A stretch of 64,000 nt of DNA from Promethearchaeota archaeon Loki_b32 (GTDB taxonomy: Archaea > Asgardarchaeota > Lokiarchaeia > Sigyniarchaeales > SOKP01), in NCBI GenBank assembly GCA_005223125.1, contig NJBH01000001.1, positions 1-64,000 on the forward strand, written 5' to 3'. A program made the translations under genes and the position numbers. Within the stretch, counting starts at the first letter, position 1, and each line of letters opens with the position of its first letter. Shown here one piece after another: positions 42,957 through 52,758 of the stretch. The notes beneath the pieces were generated by a model. That model was given only the letters and a program-made list of their open reading frames with translations, was not told the DNA's origin and ran no database searches.

Positions 42957-44792
42957 GAGAGTATTTTTAAATCTATAAATTAATCTCATTTTTAAAGATT
43001 TTAAATCTTATTCCGACTAAATTTCTAGATATCTTCATTTAAATTTTGTCGCAAAAATGGAAAAACTAGCTTCGAATTAATGTGAAATCTAATAAATGTT
43101 AATAGTTTCGTATTAGTTCTTTTAGAATTGGATTTCACAGAATGAATTAGGTTTCATAATCAGTGAAAATTATATATAATAGGCATTAAATGAACCAAAA
43201 CATTTAAATTGGGTTTAAGATTATTACTCATAAAACATCGAGGAAAACAATTGATTGTTTTAAAATATAAAAATTATAATTCGTTTGCCCAAATGCAAAT
43301 TACAGATTATATATTTAAGATAGAGAAACAGATATTTGTGATGAGAATCCCGAAAGATTACAGGACAGCGATGAAACTCATAAATAGCGTCCCTCGAAAA
43401 CCAAAGCAAAAGCGCGGTAGAAAGAAAGATATTACGAAATTGTTCTATAAGATTGACCATTTTATTAAAAAGGGTGATTTATCAGCGATTAAGCCTCAAT
43501 ATCTTAGGAGATTTCGAGATGTAGCGGTTGTACCCGAGTCAGAGATAACTTATAAGGGAATTAGTCAGGTTGAAAAACTGATGCTGAAAGCCCTTTCTGG
43601 CTTTACCGGCTTTTTTGAACACATTATAAATTGTAATAATTTCACTTATTTTGATGATTTACAAGGAAAGCTAGAAATAAAAGGGATTTCTTTTAGAGAG
43701 CGATTCTTACACGATATAATCATTATTGAACTGTCCCGCATTCACATAGGAATTGATAATTACACGTCCTACATGAATGCAATTAGATATTTTCAAGCTA
43801 ATTACCTTAAAACCGTACTTCACGACCCCTCCTACTTTCCTGATGTATCTATAGTAAGCCATGCATTAAGAGCCATTCCCTTAGAAACATTAAGGCAGTT
43901 TTTCCTTGAATTGCTTGAAGAGACATACGAGTATAAGATAATAAAAAATAGAATATTGATTTGGGATGCACAATTCGTTCATTCTAATAGTAGCGATCAA
44001 TTCAACAAAGAAAAAGATTCTTATAACGATCCAGATGCGGGATTTTGTAGACATCAAGGAAAAAGCTATGGTGTGGGATATAAAGTGTCTACAATTTACG
44101 CCTATTGTGGCAATCGTTCCGTTCCAATCTATTGCGAGTTATTTTCGGGCAATACTAGCGAACATACGGTTTTTAAAGAGACATTTAAGCATTTTTTTGC
44201 ATTAGGTTTCGAGAGTCCCTTGATAATTCTAGCTGACGCCGGTCCTTATTCCATCGAGATTTTAAAGTGGATTTTTGAAATGGGTATAATTCCTTTGATA
44301 AATTCAAAAAAGTCCATAAAAAATCAAAATATAATGAAACTCAATGACAATTTCTACGTTAACATGGATTTCATTCCTTCTGATTGGGCAAAGGAAGATT
44401 TAATCCTAATGATGAATATTAGATCTGAAATTGAGCGCCAATTTTCTCATAATATAGTTATATATCACGCTAGACGAGCAAACGTGCGTGGGTTAGAAAT
44501 GGTTTCAAAGCATCGTTATTTAATTTTGATATTAGATCTTCTCAAAATTAATACGGCTTACAAGCTTGGAAGACCTGACATGATTGGTAAAACTCGCGTC
44601 TTTACAATGACAAAAGGCGTTGATTTTTATTCAATATTTCCTGAAATTGCGAAAGAAGATGGGTTTCAGATCCTTTTACCGGAATATTCGCGAAATCCGA
44701 CATTTTTAAGAATGGGATAATCACGATTTTAGTCGGAGTAAGATTTAAAATCTTTAAAAATGAGATTAATTTATAGATTTAAAAATACTCTC
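42957..44792. mobile_element. Insertion sequence (DDE, IS4/IS5-like) with 65-bp inverted repeats
   Basis: 42957-43021 and 44728-44792 are reverse complements with one mismatch; they enclose the transposase; no TSD visible. Confidence 0.85.
43209..44720 (+). CDS. DDE transposase (DDE_Tnp_1-like); true start possibly 43293 or later
   Basis: IWDAQFV, DPDAG..GYK, LADAGPY, RSEIERQFS. Confidence 0.9.
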   Translation: MGLRLLLIKHRGKQLIVLKYKNYNSFAQMQITDYIFKIEKQIFVMRIPKDYRTAMKLINSVPRKPKQKRGRKKDITKLFYKIDHFIKKGDLSAIKPQYLRRFRDVAVVPESEITYKGISQVEKLMLKALSGFTGFFEHIINCNNFTYFDDLQGKLEIKGISFRERFLHDIIIIELSRIHIGIDNYTSYMNAIRYFQANYLKTVLHDPSYFPDVSIVSHALRAIPLETLRQFFLELLEETYEYKIIKNRILIWDAQFVHSNSSDQFNKEKDSYNDPDAGFCRHQGKSYGVGYKVSTIYAYCGNRSVPIYCELFSGNTSEHTVFKETFKHFFALGFESPLIILADAGPYSIEILKWIFEMGIIPLINSKKSIKNQNIMKLNDNFYVNMDFIPSDWAKEDLILMMNIRSEIERQFSHNIVIYHARRANVRGLEMVSKHRYLILILDLLKINTAYKLGRPDMIGKTRVFTMTKGVDFYSIFPEIAKEDGFQILLPEYSRNPTFLRMG

Positions 44793-44874
44793 ATTAATTT
44801 ATAAAGTTAAAGATTAAAAAGAATCGAAAGATAGGTGATTATTTCTTAAAATATATAATTATTGTAATCATTTG

Positions 44875-44908
44875 ATTTAAATTCCTTTATGCCATGTGAA
44901 AAAACGGC
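44875..44908 (+). repeat. 34-bp dispersed repeat (second copy 51303-51336)
   Basis: atttaaattcctttatg(c/t)catgtgaaaaa(a/g)cggc, 32/34. Confidence 0.8.
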
Positions 44909-44990
44909 ATTTTGAACCAGGTCAGCATCCCTCTTCCATATAGGCGTCGCTAGTATTAATAAGAATTTATTGATATTTTATCTTAATTAC

Positions 44991-45488
44991 TTAACTTATT
45001 TTATTACCACAATTCTTACAGAAGTTAGCAGTAGATTTATTTCTCTCTCCACAATATTGGCAGATATAAGATTTAGTTCTTAAGGGGGCATGCGCATCGT
45101 GATTTGTTTGATTTTGTGTAAAGTCAATATTAGTTAAAATTGTCGTATTTATTAATTCACTTAATTTTGCACTTTCTAGTTGACCTGAATCTCTATATTT
45201 AGCCATTGTAATTGTAAATAGATGGTTATCTCTTGTTTCTACAATAACTGTGTAAATTTTTCGATTTTTTATAGCATAAGCTTTTTTAATTGCCGATAAT
45301 GGTATTTTAAAGCCATCAGTATAATTATCAATAGGAGTACCAACTTCTGTAAGGGATATATTCGATTTTTTCATAAATGATAGCTCTTGGTCAGTTAATA
45401 TTATTTTTCCCAATTCCATTTCAAATTGCCAATCTTTTCCTACCTCTCCTTCCCGAAAAAACCCATCCGAAGAAAATATTATTGTCAT
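44991..45488 (-). CDS. PH/GRAM-like domain protein with C-terminal zinc ribbon
   Basis: GKIILTDQELSF, FKIPLSAI; CQYCG..FCKNCG. Confidence 0.65.
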   Translation of the reverse strand: MTIIFSSDGFFREGEVGKDWQFEMELGKIILTDQELSFMKKSNISLTEVGTPIDNYTDGFKIPLSAIKKAYAIKNRKIYTVIVETRDNHLFTITMAKYRDSGQLESAKLSELINTTILTNIDFTQNQTNHDAHAPLRTKSYICQYCGERNKSTANFCKNCGNKIS

Positions 45489-45729
45489 AATTCTGTTGTT
45501 TTGATTATTCTTTATTTCATAAAAATAAAATCTATCTTAATTTATTCATGGTTTATCTTACTTATATTTGATATATAGTCCAATTTTTTTATTTAAATAG
45601 ATTTTTAAATACAAACTCGATAAGTACATTAAAGCCCTACAAAAAGAAAACAATAAAAATATCTTTTTGAAGAGGTTATGAAAAGAAAATAAATTTTATT
45701 ACAAAACATAAAAAAGTAGGTGTTAACAT

Positions 45730-46266
45730 ACGTCAGAACAATTATTAAACTGTAGAGAATTTGTTCTTAAAGAAAAAATGGTTTCTCTAACAGATAAAGG
45801 AGAAATCTTTAACATGAATAATGAACTTATGGGAACTTTCCGAGGAAAACTAATAAAAATTGGAAATACATACCGAATTAGAGATTTAAATGATACTCCT
45901 GTACTTACAGTCGCTGAAAAAATAATATCTTTACGTTCTTCATATCGTTTCTATAAAGGTGGAGAGAAAGACGATAGTCAATATTTAGGTATCCTTAAGA
46001 GGAAATTAGTCTCAATTAAACCAAAGTATTGGTTTGAAGACCCAAATGCAAATCGTGTTTTCGAGATGAAAGGTAATATATTTACCCTTAAATTCAAAAT
46101 CCTGAAAGATCGAAAAGAAGTTGCCGAAATAAGCAAAAAATTGTGGAAAAGTATACTTAGAGGTTACTATGGTGTAAAAATGAATCCAGATTTGGATGAT
46201 GATTCCGCTATACTAATATTAGGGATCGTTTTAATGCTCCATCACGAGAAAGAAGAAAATAGATAA
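45730..46266 (+). CDS. LURP-one / tubby-C scramblase-like protein; probable ACG start
   Basis: FVLKEKMVSLTD, repeated K..S.R..Y units, AEISKK..YGV; frame open to 45727, AGGTG RBS before ACG. Confidence 0.75.
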   Translation, partial: TSEQLLNCREFVLKEKMVSLTDKGEIFNMNNELMGTFRGKLIKIGNTYRIRDLNDTPVLTVAEKIISLRSSYRFYKGGEKDDSQYLGILKRKLVSIKPKYWFEDPNANRVFEMKGNIFTLKFKILKDRKEVAEISKKLWKSILRGYYGVKMNPDLDDDSAILILGIVLMLHHEKEENR

Positions 46267-46810
46267 AGCGTTATTTCATTTTTAAATTTCTTTTTTTGTT
46301 TTTTTATCCTACGAAAGAAAAAAGCTCCTTGAAATAGTTTCAGGGCGTATTTTCAACTCCAAAGAGAAATAATTTCCTTGACTATTTCTATTTATTTCTT
46401 CTTTTTAAAATAATTGCTAAAGTATAAAATTCCTATTAAGCGTATTTTTTTTTCGCTTTCTATTTTAAGTTTTAAAAATCATTGAAGATCTTATTAAAAG
46501 AAAGTATAACAAAAAATATCATGATGAGAAATGGGATAGATTCATTTACAAATAAAACTTGATTAAAGAGATTGAAACAAAAGGATTTATTGAATTAGCA
46601 TTTCAATATTTCTACTAAGGAAAATTTTATATTCAATATTTTCGACGATATGAACAATTACTTTTCGAAAATTAGGAGATTTGGAGATTAACGGGATATT
46701 CAAATTCATTTAACAATGATTGAGAATGAGAATAGTTGGAATCAATTACTTCAATAGTTAGTTGTTTTTATAATTTTTTAAGAATAAGAAAATTAGATAC
46801 TTATTGCGTA

Positions 46811-46992
46811 TTATAAAATTAACTCAAGTCCTTCTTATTCTAACTTCTTTACGTTTTCTGGTATTGTTATCCAGTGATTGGCTTTTAAGTTTAAAGATTT
46901 AAGTGAGTGTAGGTTTTCTATAGTTTTAGGTATACTGCTTAACTTATTATTGCTTAAATTTAAGGTTTTTAGCATCAACATATCTCCAATGT
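46811..46992 (-). pseudogene. LRR protein 3' remnant
   Basis: IGDMLMLKTLNLSNNKLSSIPKTIENLHSLKSLNLKANHWITIPENVKKLE*EGLELIL*. Confidence 0.8.
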
Positions 46993-47009
46993 TTTTGAAT
47001 CCAATTGTC

Positions 47010-47140
47010 GTAGAACAATAGGGGTTGGCTTCGAGACAAAAGATATAGATGTAGATAGCAGAGAAGAAAAATTAATGATCTGGGATTTTAGGGGGAAAAA
47101 GGTTTCGTTTTATGTTTCCTCAATATATTTATGGAAATAA
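47010..47140 (+). pseudogene. Rab-like GTPase internal fragment with frameshift
   Basis: TIGVGFETKDIDVDSREEKLMIWDF, then shifted frame RFRFMFPQYIYG. Confidence 0.75.
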
Positions 47141-47232
47141 CATTTTCGATGGCGGAGTAGAAGCTAATCTACAATGAGTTTAGACTCTATAACACAGGTT
47201 GGGAGATTAAAAGAGAAATAACGATTATATAA

Positions 47233-47634
47233 TTAATCCAAAGGAAAAATGTTATTTTTAACTTCTTTTATATCTTTAAGCCCATGATCTGTAGAATAAA
47301 TTACTAAATTATTTAGATCTGCACATCCACTTATATAAGCATCTACTAGTGATAATAATTGAGGATATTTACATTTAAAAATTCCAGATCTTATTGTTAA
47401 TTGGTCATTTATATCAAGAATTTTTATTTTACTGTTTCTAAGAGAAATATTTCTAATTTGGGCGGTTTCTTTGCCTAATTTTTCACATGTCTTATAAAAA
47501 TTCTCACATAAATTTAATTCTAATGTAAATGCTTTAATGGTTTCATTTTTTATTTGGTTGAAAATCTTTTTGATGGTTTGATTACCACTAAAAAATAATT
47601 CAAAAATCCCTGTATCTAAAAATATACTTTTCAT
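47233..47634 (-). CDS. vapC: PIN-domain VapC toxin
   Basis: IFLDTG, LCE, LSLVDA, STD. Confidence 0.85.
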   Translation of the reverse strand: MKSIFLDTGIFELFFSGNQTIKKIFNQIKNETIKAFTLELNLCENFYKTCEKLGKETAQIRNISLRNSKIKILDINDQLTIRSGIFKCKYPQLLSLVDAYISGCADLNNLVIYSTDHGLKDIKEVKNNIFPLD

Positions 47635-47656
47635 AATTTATTTATAATTCTCATTT

Positions 47657-47917
47657 TCATTTTTTCTCAGTTTCCTTTATTCTTTCTTTTCTTCTATCTT
47701 CATGTATTTCTCGTATCATTTCATAACCTAATTCTTTAGAATCAACTCCAAATAAATCTTCTAATTCTATGATTGGAATATATAATAATCCTAGTTTATG
47801 TTCTTTAACGATGAGTTTAGACCCATCTTTTATATTTAATTTTTTCCTTAATTTTGAAGGAATTGTAACCATTCCTCGACTTGTAACTGTTACTTCGTTT
47901 TTCATTTTTATCATCAA
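47657..47917 (-). CDS. AbrB/MazE-family antitoxin
   Basis: VTSRGMVTIPSKLRKKLNIKDG. Confidence 0.9.
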   Translation of the reverse strand: MMIKMKNEVTVTSRGMVTIPSKLRKKLNIKDGSKLIVKEHKLGLLYIPIIELEDLFGVDSKELGYEMIREIHEDRRKERIKETEKK

Positions 47918-48126
47918 TTAAAATTATAATTTACTTGTATTTATAATATTTTTCATGTTTAAAAAAGTTTTTCATGAATAAAATTATAAAATAATGCAAA
48001 TATAATTTTTGTATTATAAAAATCCTATGCTAAAAATTAGATTTAAGAATAAAGAGGAAAAATGGTATACAATAAAAATTACGAATGAGGGCTATCCCTA
48101 GTTATATAATATATTGACAAATCTGT

Positions 48127-48280
48127 TTATTATTATTTAAATTTAGGTTTTTTAGCATCAATATTTCTCCAATTGAATCTGGAATTTTATCAAATTGTTT
48201 GAGCTAACGTTTAGATTCTTCAATTTAAAAAGCAGTCCTCTCGCATTTGGAAATGTTTCAATGTTATTGAAAAGTAAAAA
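48127..48280 (-). pseudogene. LRR protein internal remnant (frameshifted)
   Basis: LFNNIETFP..LKNLNVS / IPDSIGEILMLKNLNLNNNK. Confidence 0.7.
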
Positions 48281-48395
48281 AATTATGATAATCGAACCAA
48301 AAGATCTGATTCCCATTTTTGCTTCATACTTTTAATTTTGTGACATAGAAGATATTTATAAATTTATAAATATAATTTACTTTTATATTTCTATA

Positions 48396-48629
48396 ATGAC
48401 ACAAAAAACTATTTCATTACCTGAAGATGTATACAATGCGTTAAAAAAACAAAAGCGTAAAGGAGAATCCTTTTCTGAACTCATCAGCCGGTTATTACAC
48501 GAAAAACATGCGAGAGAGAGAAATCTAGAAAAACTTGCGGGTAGTTTAAAAGAGGATGATGAGTGGGATCGCATTTTGGAGGATATTTACGAAGATCGTA
48601 AAAAACCAGCACGATTCAAGGGAGAATAG
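48396..48629 (+). CDS. vapB: VapB-family antitoxin (archaeal RHH type)
   Basis: KTISLPEDVYNAL...GESFSELISRLL. Confidence 0.9.
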   Translation: MTQKTISLPEDVYNALKKQKRKGESFSELISRLLHEKHARERNLEKLAGSLKEDDEWDRILEDIYEDRKKPARFKGE

Positions 48630-48632
48630 ATA

Positions 48633-49061
48633 ATGGGAGTACTTGATTCAGACTTAATTATTGCTTTTTTAAGGGGTAGAGATAATGCGTATGAAGTTTT
48701 TCAGGATTTGAAAAAGCAACAAGAAAGCTTAAAAACAACGGTATTTAATGTTGCAGAATTATATAAAGGATGTTACGCTATGAGGAATGTCGCAAAAGGT
48801 TTACTAAAAGTTAGAAATCTTATTGAATCACTTAATGATATTTTAGATTTTAATGAAAAAGCAATTCAAGAGTATGCAAAAATTTCAGCAGATTTAAAGA
48901 AGAGAGGAAGTCCCATTGGGACCATGGATGAATTAATTGCTAGTATATGTCTTGCAAATAATGAAATCTTCTATACGAGAAATAAAGATCATTTTGAAAA
49001 GATAGAACAGCTTTCTATAGTAAATTGGTATGAAATGGGTGAAAAGCTAAAAATGAAATAA
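48633..49061 (+). CDS. vapC: PIN-domain VapC toxin
   Basis: LDSDLII, AELY, DELIA, TRNKDHF. Confidence 0.9.
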   Translation: MGVLDSDLIIAFLRGRDNAYEVFQDLKKQQESLKTTVFNVAELYKGCYAMRNVAKGLLKVRNLIESLNDILDFNEKAIQEYAKISADLKKRGSPIGTMDELIASICLANNEIFYTRNKDHFEKIEQLSIVNWYEMGEKLKMK

Positions 49062-49404
49062 AATATAATTAATTTATGGAATGTAGAAAGGATAATCTCT
49101 GCTGGTTGATGTGTCTCAGAATTTGAACATGAATGAGTTAACTAAATCCAATGGAGATCTTATATCACTAATACCCATATAGAACCTGCTGAAAAACTTA
49201 TCTACGGAAAAGCATAGATTTTTTGCTCACAATGAATCATTATCAATTTTGAAATTTAAATTTGAGATTTATAATGGCAATAAAAATTAGCATTTTAATT
49301 CGAAATAGTTCTAAACATTCTCTTTCTTTATTTTAGCATTGACAGTTCCTATACTTTCAATAAATTCTAGAGCTCAAACAACTCAAAGGTTATATCTGAA
49401 TAAT

Positions 49405-50415
49405 TTAATTAAAAAGTGAATTATTATATCTTTGGAGAATCTCCCATTTTCCTTCTTTTCTAATTGTGGCGACTTGATGGGTTTTCATAACTTCTAAAAT
49501 CTCATTAATACCACATTTTTCAGCAGAATAAGTACATAAGACAATCATCCGATAGTTTCCTACAACGTTATTAATTTCTTCTTCATAATCAGAAAAATCT
49601 TTCCATTCCTTTTTTTCAATCCATGCAGTATTGCCTGTTACTCTGATACCATTAAAACCTTGGGATATTGCATAATTATATTTTTGAACCCATCCATCGA
49701 GAACTCTTTGGAACTTGAATTCTCCATCTTTAAAGTACCATTCTGTATAAGGAAAGATTTCTATTTGCCCTTTTTTCAAGAATTCATTATAATTTTTTAT
49801 TTCAGATTTTAATTTCTTTTTAGCTTCTTTCTCATTAAGATCTTCTGAAGTAATCCAGACACAAAACTGATTATCTTCTAACCCTTTTTTGATATAGGGT
49901 ATTAGTATGTCCATGAGATCTTCTTTTTTTTGGTAAAAATAACAGATATGCGTCCCCCATGGAAAATTGTAATTTAAATTAATATCTAATTGTATCCCCT
50001 TTATATCCTTTATAGCTTGGTAATATTTAAGTAAAATTTCTTTTATTTTAAGAAATTTAGCAGCACTCTCCTCAGAAGATTTATAGAGCCCCTTATATAA
50101 ATTCTTAATATTTTTAAGTTCTTCTTTAAATTCTTTTAAAATCGATTGGAAAATTTTTGGAGATATCTGTTCATTGATAATTACCACAGAAATCATAAGA
50201 TCTTCATATTCCGTCCTCTCCATTTTACTTGGTACTGTAAATTTTAAATTAGCTGTTTTAAAAGTTTCATTGTCATAAATAAAGAAATCTTTTTCATGTA
50301 AATATAGATGCTTAGGAATAGTTTTAAGGCCATTAAAGACAAAAGCTTCTGGGATTTTCAAAAAGTTTATAGGTCCTTTAAAAATATTAAAATGACTGAG
50401 AATTAATACTCTCAA
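49405..50415 (-). CDS. N-terminal longin/uDENN-like domain fused to MEDS sensory domain
   Basis: C-half HICYFY..GFNGIRVTG..W..YE..IN..VLCTY is MEDS-like; N-half ILSHFNIFKGP. Confidence 0.7.
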   Translation of the reverse strand: MRVLILSHFNIFKGPINFLKIPEAFVFNGLKTIPKHLYLHEKDFFIYDNETFKTANLKFTVPSKMERTEYEDLMISVVIINEQISPKIFQSILKEFKEELKNIKNLYKGLYKSSEESAAKFLKIKEILLKYYQAIKDIKGIQLDINLNYNFPWGTHICYFYQKKEDLMDILIPYIKKGLEDNQFCVWITSEDLNEKEAKKKLKSEIKNYNEFLKKGQIEIFPYTEWYFKDGEFKFQRVLDGWVQKYNYAISQGFNGIRVTGNTAWIEKKEWKDFSDYEEEINNVVGNYRMIVLCTYSAEKCGINEILEVMKTHQVATIRKEGKWEILQRYNNSLFN

Positions 50416-50526
50416 ATTTGGTCTATCTTTTGGATAATTTCTTATATGATTATGGAATTATTAAATAAATTATTTTTTTAGTATTTAATAATTTACTTTT
50501 ATTCGGCACAAATTTGGGTTGTTGGT

Positions 50527-50670
50527 ATGACAAACTTATTTCATTCTTATTCTGATTTCTCATTCTATTTAATAATAATATTGGTTGTAGTTGCCGTAAT
50601 AGCAGTAATTTCAAGTGTGGTTTATTTAAAGATTTTCAGACCAAGGAAAGGAATAAAAGAGGGCCCCTAA
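50527..50670 (+). CDS. 47-aa single-TM peptide or orphan C-terminal anchor
   Basis: MTNLFHSYSDFSFYLIIILVVVAVIAVISSVVYLKIFRPRKGIKEGP*. Confidence 0.4.
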   Translation: MTNLFHSYSDFSFYLIIILVVVAVIAVISSVVYLKIFRPRKGIKEGP

Positions 50671-50677
50671 TTGAGCT

Positions 50678-51208
50678 TTAAAGGTTCAAAATAAATTCTC
50701 CAGAACATTTTTCGCGAGAATTTAGTAGGCACGTATCGATTTCAGGCTCGATTGTATGGTTAATTCCCAGAGCATCCAACCAGCAACTAACGCGAAATAT
50801 CACACCACATTCATATTGTTTGCTAACTCCAATCATTTCCATGCCTTTGTAGGCAAAGCATCGGTTCATTTCCCAATGTATCCGATTTTTTTCAGGGAAG
50901 GTATACTCAAAGTCCATAAAATCCCCTTTTAATATGCTAAAAGCATTACTAATAAAATCTTTTAACTGCTCAAAAGTTTTAGTTTTAACTTTCTCTAATC
51001 CCATTGCCTTTTTTATTCTTTGCATTTCAATTACTGAAAGAGTTTTAATAGCCGCTTTATTTAGTCTATTAGCGGCATCAATACCTAATTCACGGGCACA
51101 GTTATAAAACCATGAACCATCGTGAGTCATCCAACATTTAACAAGAAGTTCTTTTAATTGATTTTTATCAAGTTGATCAAATAACGTCATTACCATAATA
51201 ATTATCAT
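50678..51208 (-). CDS. DUF6125-like (V4R-related) protein
   Basis: WMTHDGSWF..LGIDAA, spaced C-terminal cysteines. Confidence 0.65.
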   Translation of the reverse strand: MIIIMVMTLFDQLDKNQLKELLVKCWMTHDGSWFYNCARELGIDAANRLNKAAIKTLSVIEMQRIKKAMGLEKVKTKTFEQLKDFISNAFSILKGDFMDFEYTFPEKNRIHWEMNRCFAYKGMEMIGVSKQYECGVIFRVSCWLDALGINHTIEPEIDTCLLNSREKCSGEFILNL

Positions 51209-51484
51209 GTTGATTATATTTAAAAAAGTTAGAAGTAATCGAACTTATTCTACATTTTTTTTGGAAGAATACCCCAAATGAATAAGTCTATTGGAAATAA
51301 TTATTTAAATTCCTTTATGTCATGTGAAAAAGCGGCTGAACTGTGAGATTTATAAGAGTGTATTGATTTTTTTTATGTAGGGTAGAGAGATTTAGATTAA
51401 TAAATTAACTTTTTATAAAAAAGAATGTAAGTTTAGTATGTAATTCAGGAAATTTAACTTCTCAAAAGTGGGTTTTTTTATCAA

Positions 51485-52624
51485 ATGGCGGAATATGATT
51501 TTACCTTTAAAATAGTACTTGTTGGTGATGCGTCTGAAGGAAAATCATATTTTGCGAGGAGTTTTTGCTATAATATCTTTAATAGTGATACAAGAATGAC
51601 TATTGGAGTAGATTTTTTTGTTAGAAGTATAAACATGCTTGGAAAAAATATTAAATTTCAAATATGGGACATGGGGGCCGAGGAAAGATTTAGATTTTTG
51701 GTTCCAACATATTGTAGAGGCGCCAGTGGTGGTATAATAGTATACGATATCAAAAACGCTAATTCTTTAGCACATATTCTTGAAAATGTTCAGATAATAA
51801 GACGAGAAGCTGGAGACGTTCCAATAGTAATAATCGGAACTAAATGTGTAGAAGATGATAAAGAACCTTCAAGAGATCAAGGAACACAAATAGATGAATC
51901 AGAAGATCGACAAAAAGTTGAAAAGATCTTTGAGAACTTAGCAGAAACTTTACTTGAAGGAGTTCCCCAAAATATAATAATAGTACCTAAGCCTTTAGAA
52001 TTAATAAAAAGACCCTACATCGATAAATGGCCAGAATTCAGAGTAAATGAACACTTAGTACTTAAATTAGAAAGGAATAGAACTAATATATATGTTGGAG
52101 GGAGATTATTCAATCATTGCAAGTATTTACTATTAAATATTGATCATTATGAATTTAAAGAGTATGATGAGATTGAATCTATCGATGAAACGGCAGAAAA
52201 GCTTGGGGATTCAATGCACGGAATCGGATTCCAAAAGTATCATGTATCTCCTGAAACTGAATTTTGGGGGCATTCTTCAAATATTCAAGCTTGGTATGAA
52301 AATAAGTACGATACCCGTCTATTACACAGAAACTTAGCATTTCCCTTGTTGGAAGCTCTTATAAAAACCGGGGATCTTTTGGCAAAAAAAGTATTAAAAG
52401 AAGAGATTGCGCAGAGACTTGAAAGTGGTTATCCTTCAGTGGTTTTGTACTTGATTAAAGAAAAATATTTGAAATATTTAAGTCAAGAAGAATTGAATAC
52501 AATCTTCGAAAATCCAAAATTTCAAAAGAATTTGTCAAAATGGTTTAAAGATTCCAAACTTATTCCTAGATGGTTGTCTAGAAAAATTAAATCTAAATTA
52601 AAAGATCTGAATTTGTGGAAATAG
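51485..52624 (+). CDS. Rab-like GTPase domain fused to a Lokiarchaeia-type C-terminal domain
   Basis: YDFTFKIVLVGDASEGKS, TIGVDF, WDMGAEERF; then CKYLLLNI..EFWGH..DTRLLHRNLAFPLL. Confidence 0.85.
   Translation: MAEYDFTFKIVLVGDASEGKSYFARSFCYNIFNSDTRMTIGVDFFVRSINMLGKNIKFQIWDMGAEERFRFLVPTYCRGASGGIIVYDIKNANSLAHILENVQIIRREAGDVPIVIIGTKCVEDDKEPSRDQGTQIDESEDRQKVEKIFENLAETLLEGVPQNIIIVPKPLELIKRPYIDKWPEFRVNEHLVLKLERNRTNIYVGGRLFNHCKYLLLNIDHYEFKEYDEIESIDETAEKLGDSMHGIGFQKYHVSPETEFWGHSSNIQAWYENKYDTRLLHRNLAFPLLEALIKTGDLLAKKVLKEEIAQRLESGYPSVVLYLIKEKYLKYLSQEELNTIFENPKFQKNLSKWFKDSKLIPRWLSRKIKSKLKDLNLWK
52548..52624 (+). repeat. 77-bp direct repeat (gene 3' end), partner at 53297-53373
   Basis: 70/77 identical; both copies end at a stop codon. 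Confidence 0.9.
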
Positions 52625-52758
52625 ATATATTGTTCTTTATCTATGAATTTTATAATTTTATCATTTCATTTATAACAGAAGAAGAACGGGATTCTATGTT
52701 ATCGCGAGGGAATAAAAAGGAAATATTTAAATGTAAAGTATAGTTAGGAAAAGGTCTC

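Noticed and set aside
46331-46388. Imperfect hairpin gaaatagtttcagg...ccttgactatttc as an ncRNA
   Set aside because: Weak AT-rich stem downstream of a gene; cannot be distinguished from a terminator or chance.
46500-46760. Decayed coding-like frame (HDEKWDRFIYK*...)
   Set aside because: Multiple stops and no identifiable family.
49076-49200. Minus-strand coding-like remnant (...DYPFYIP*)
   Set aside because: Too short and interrupted to assign.
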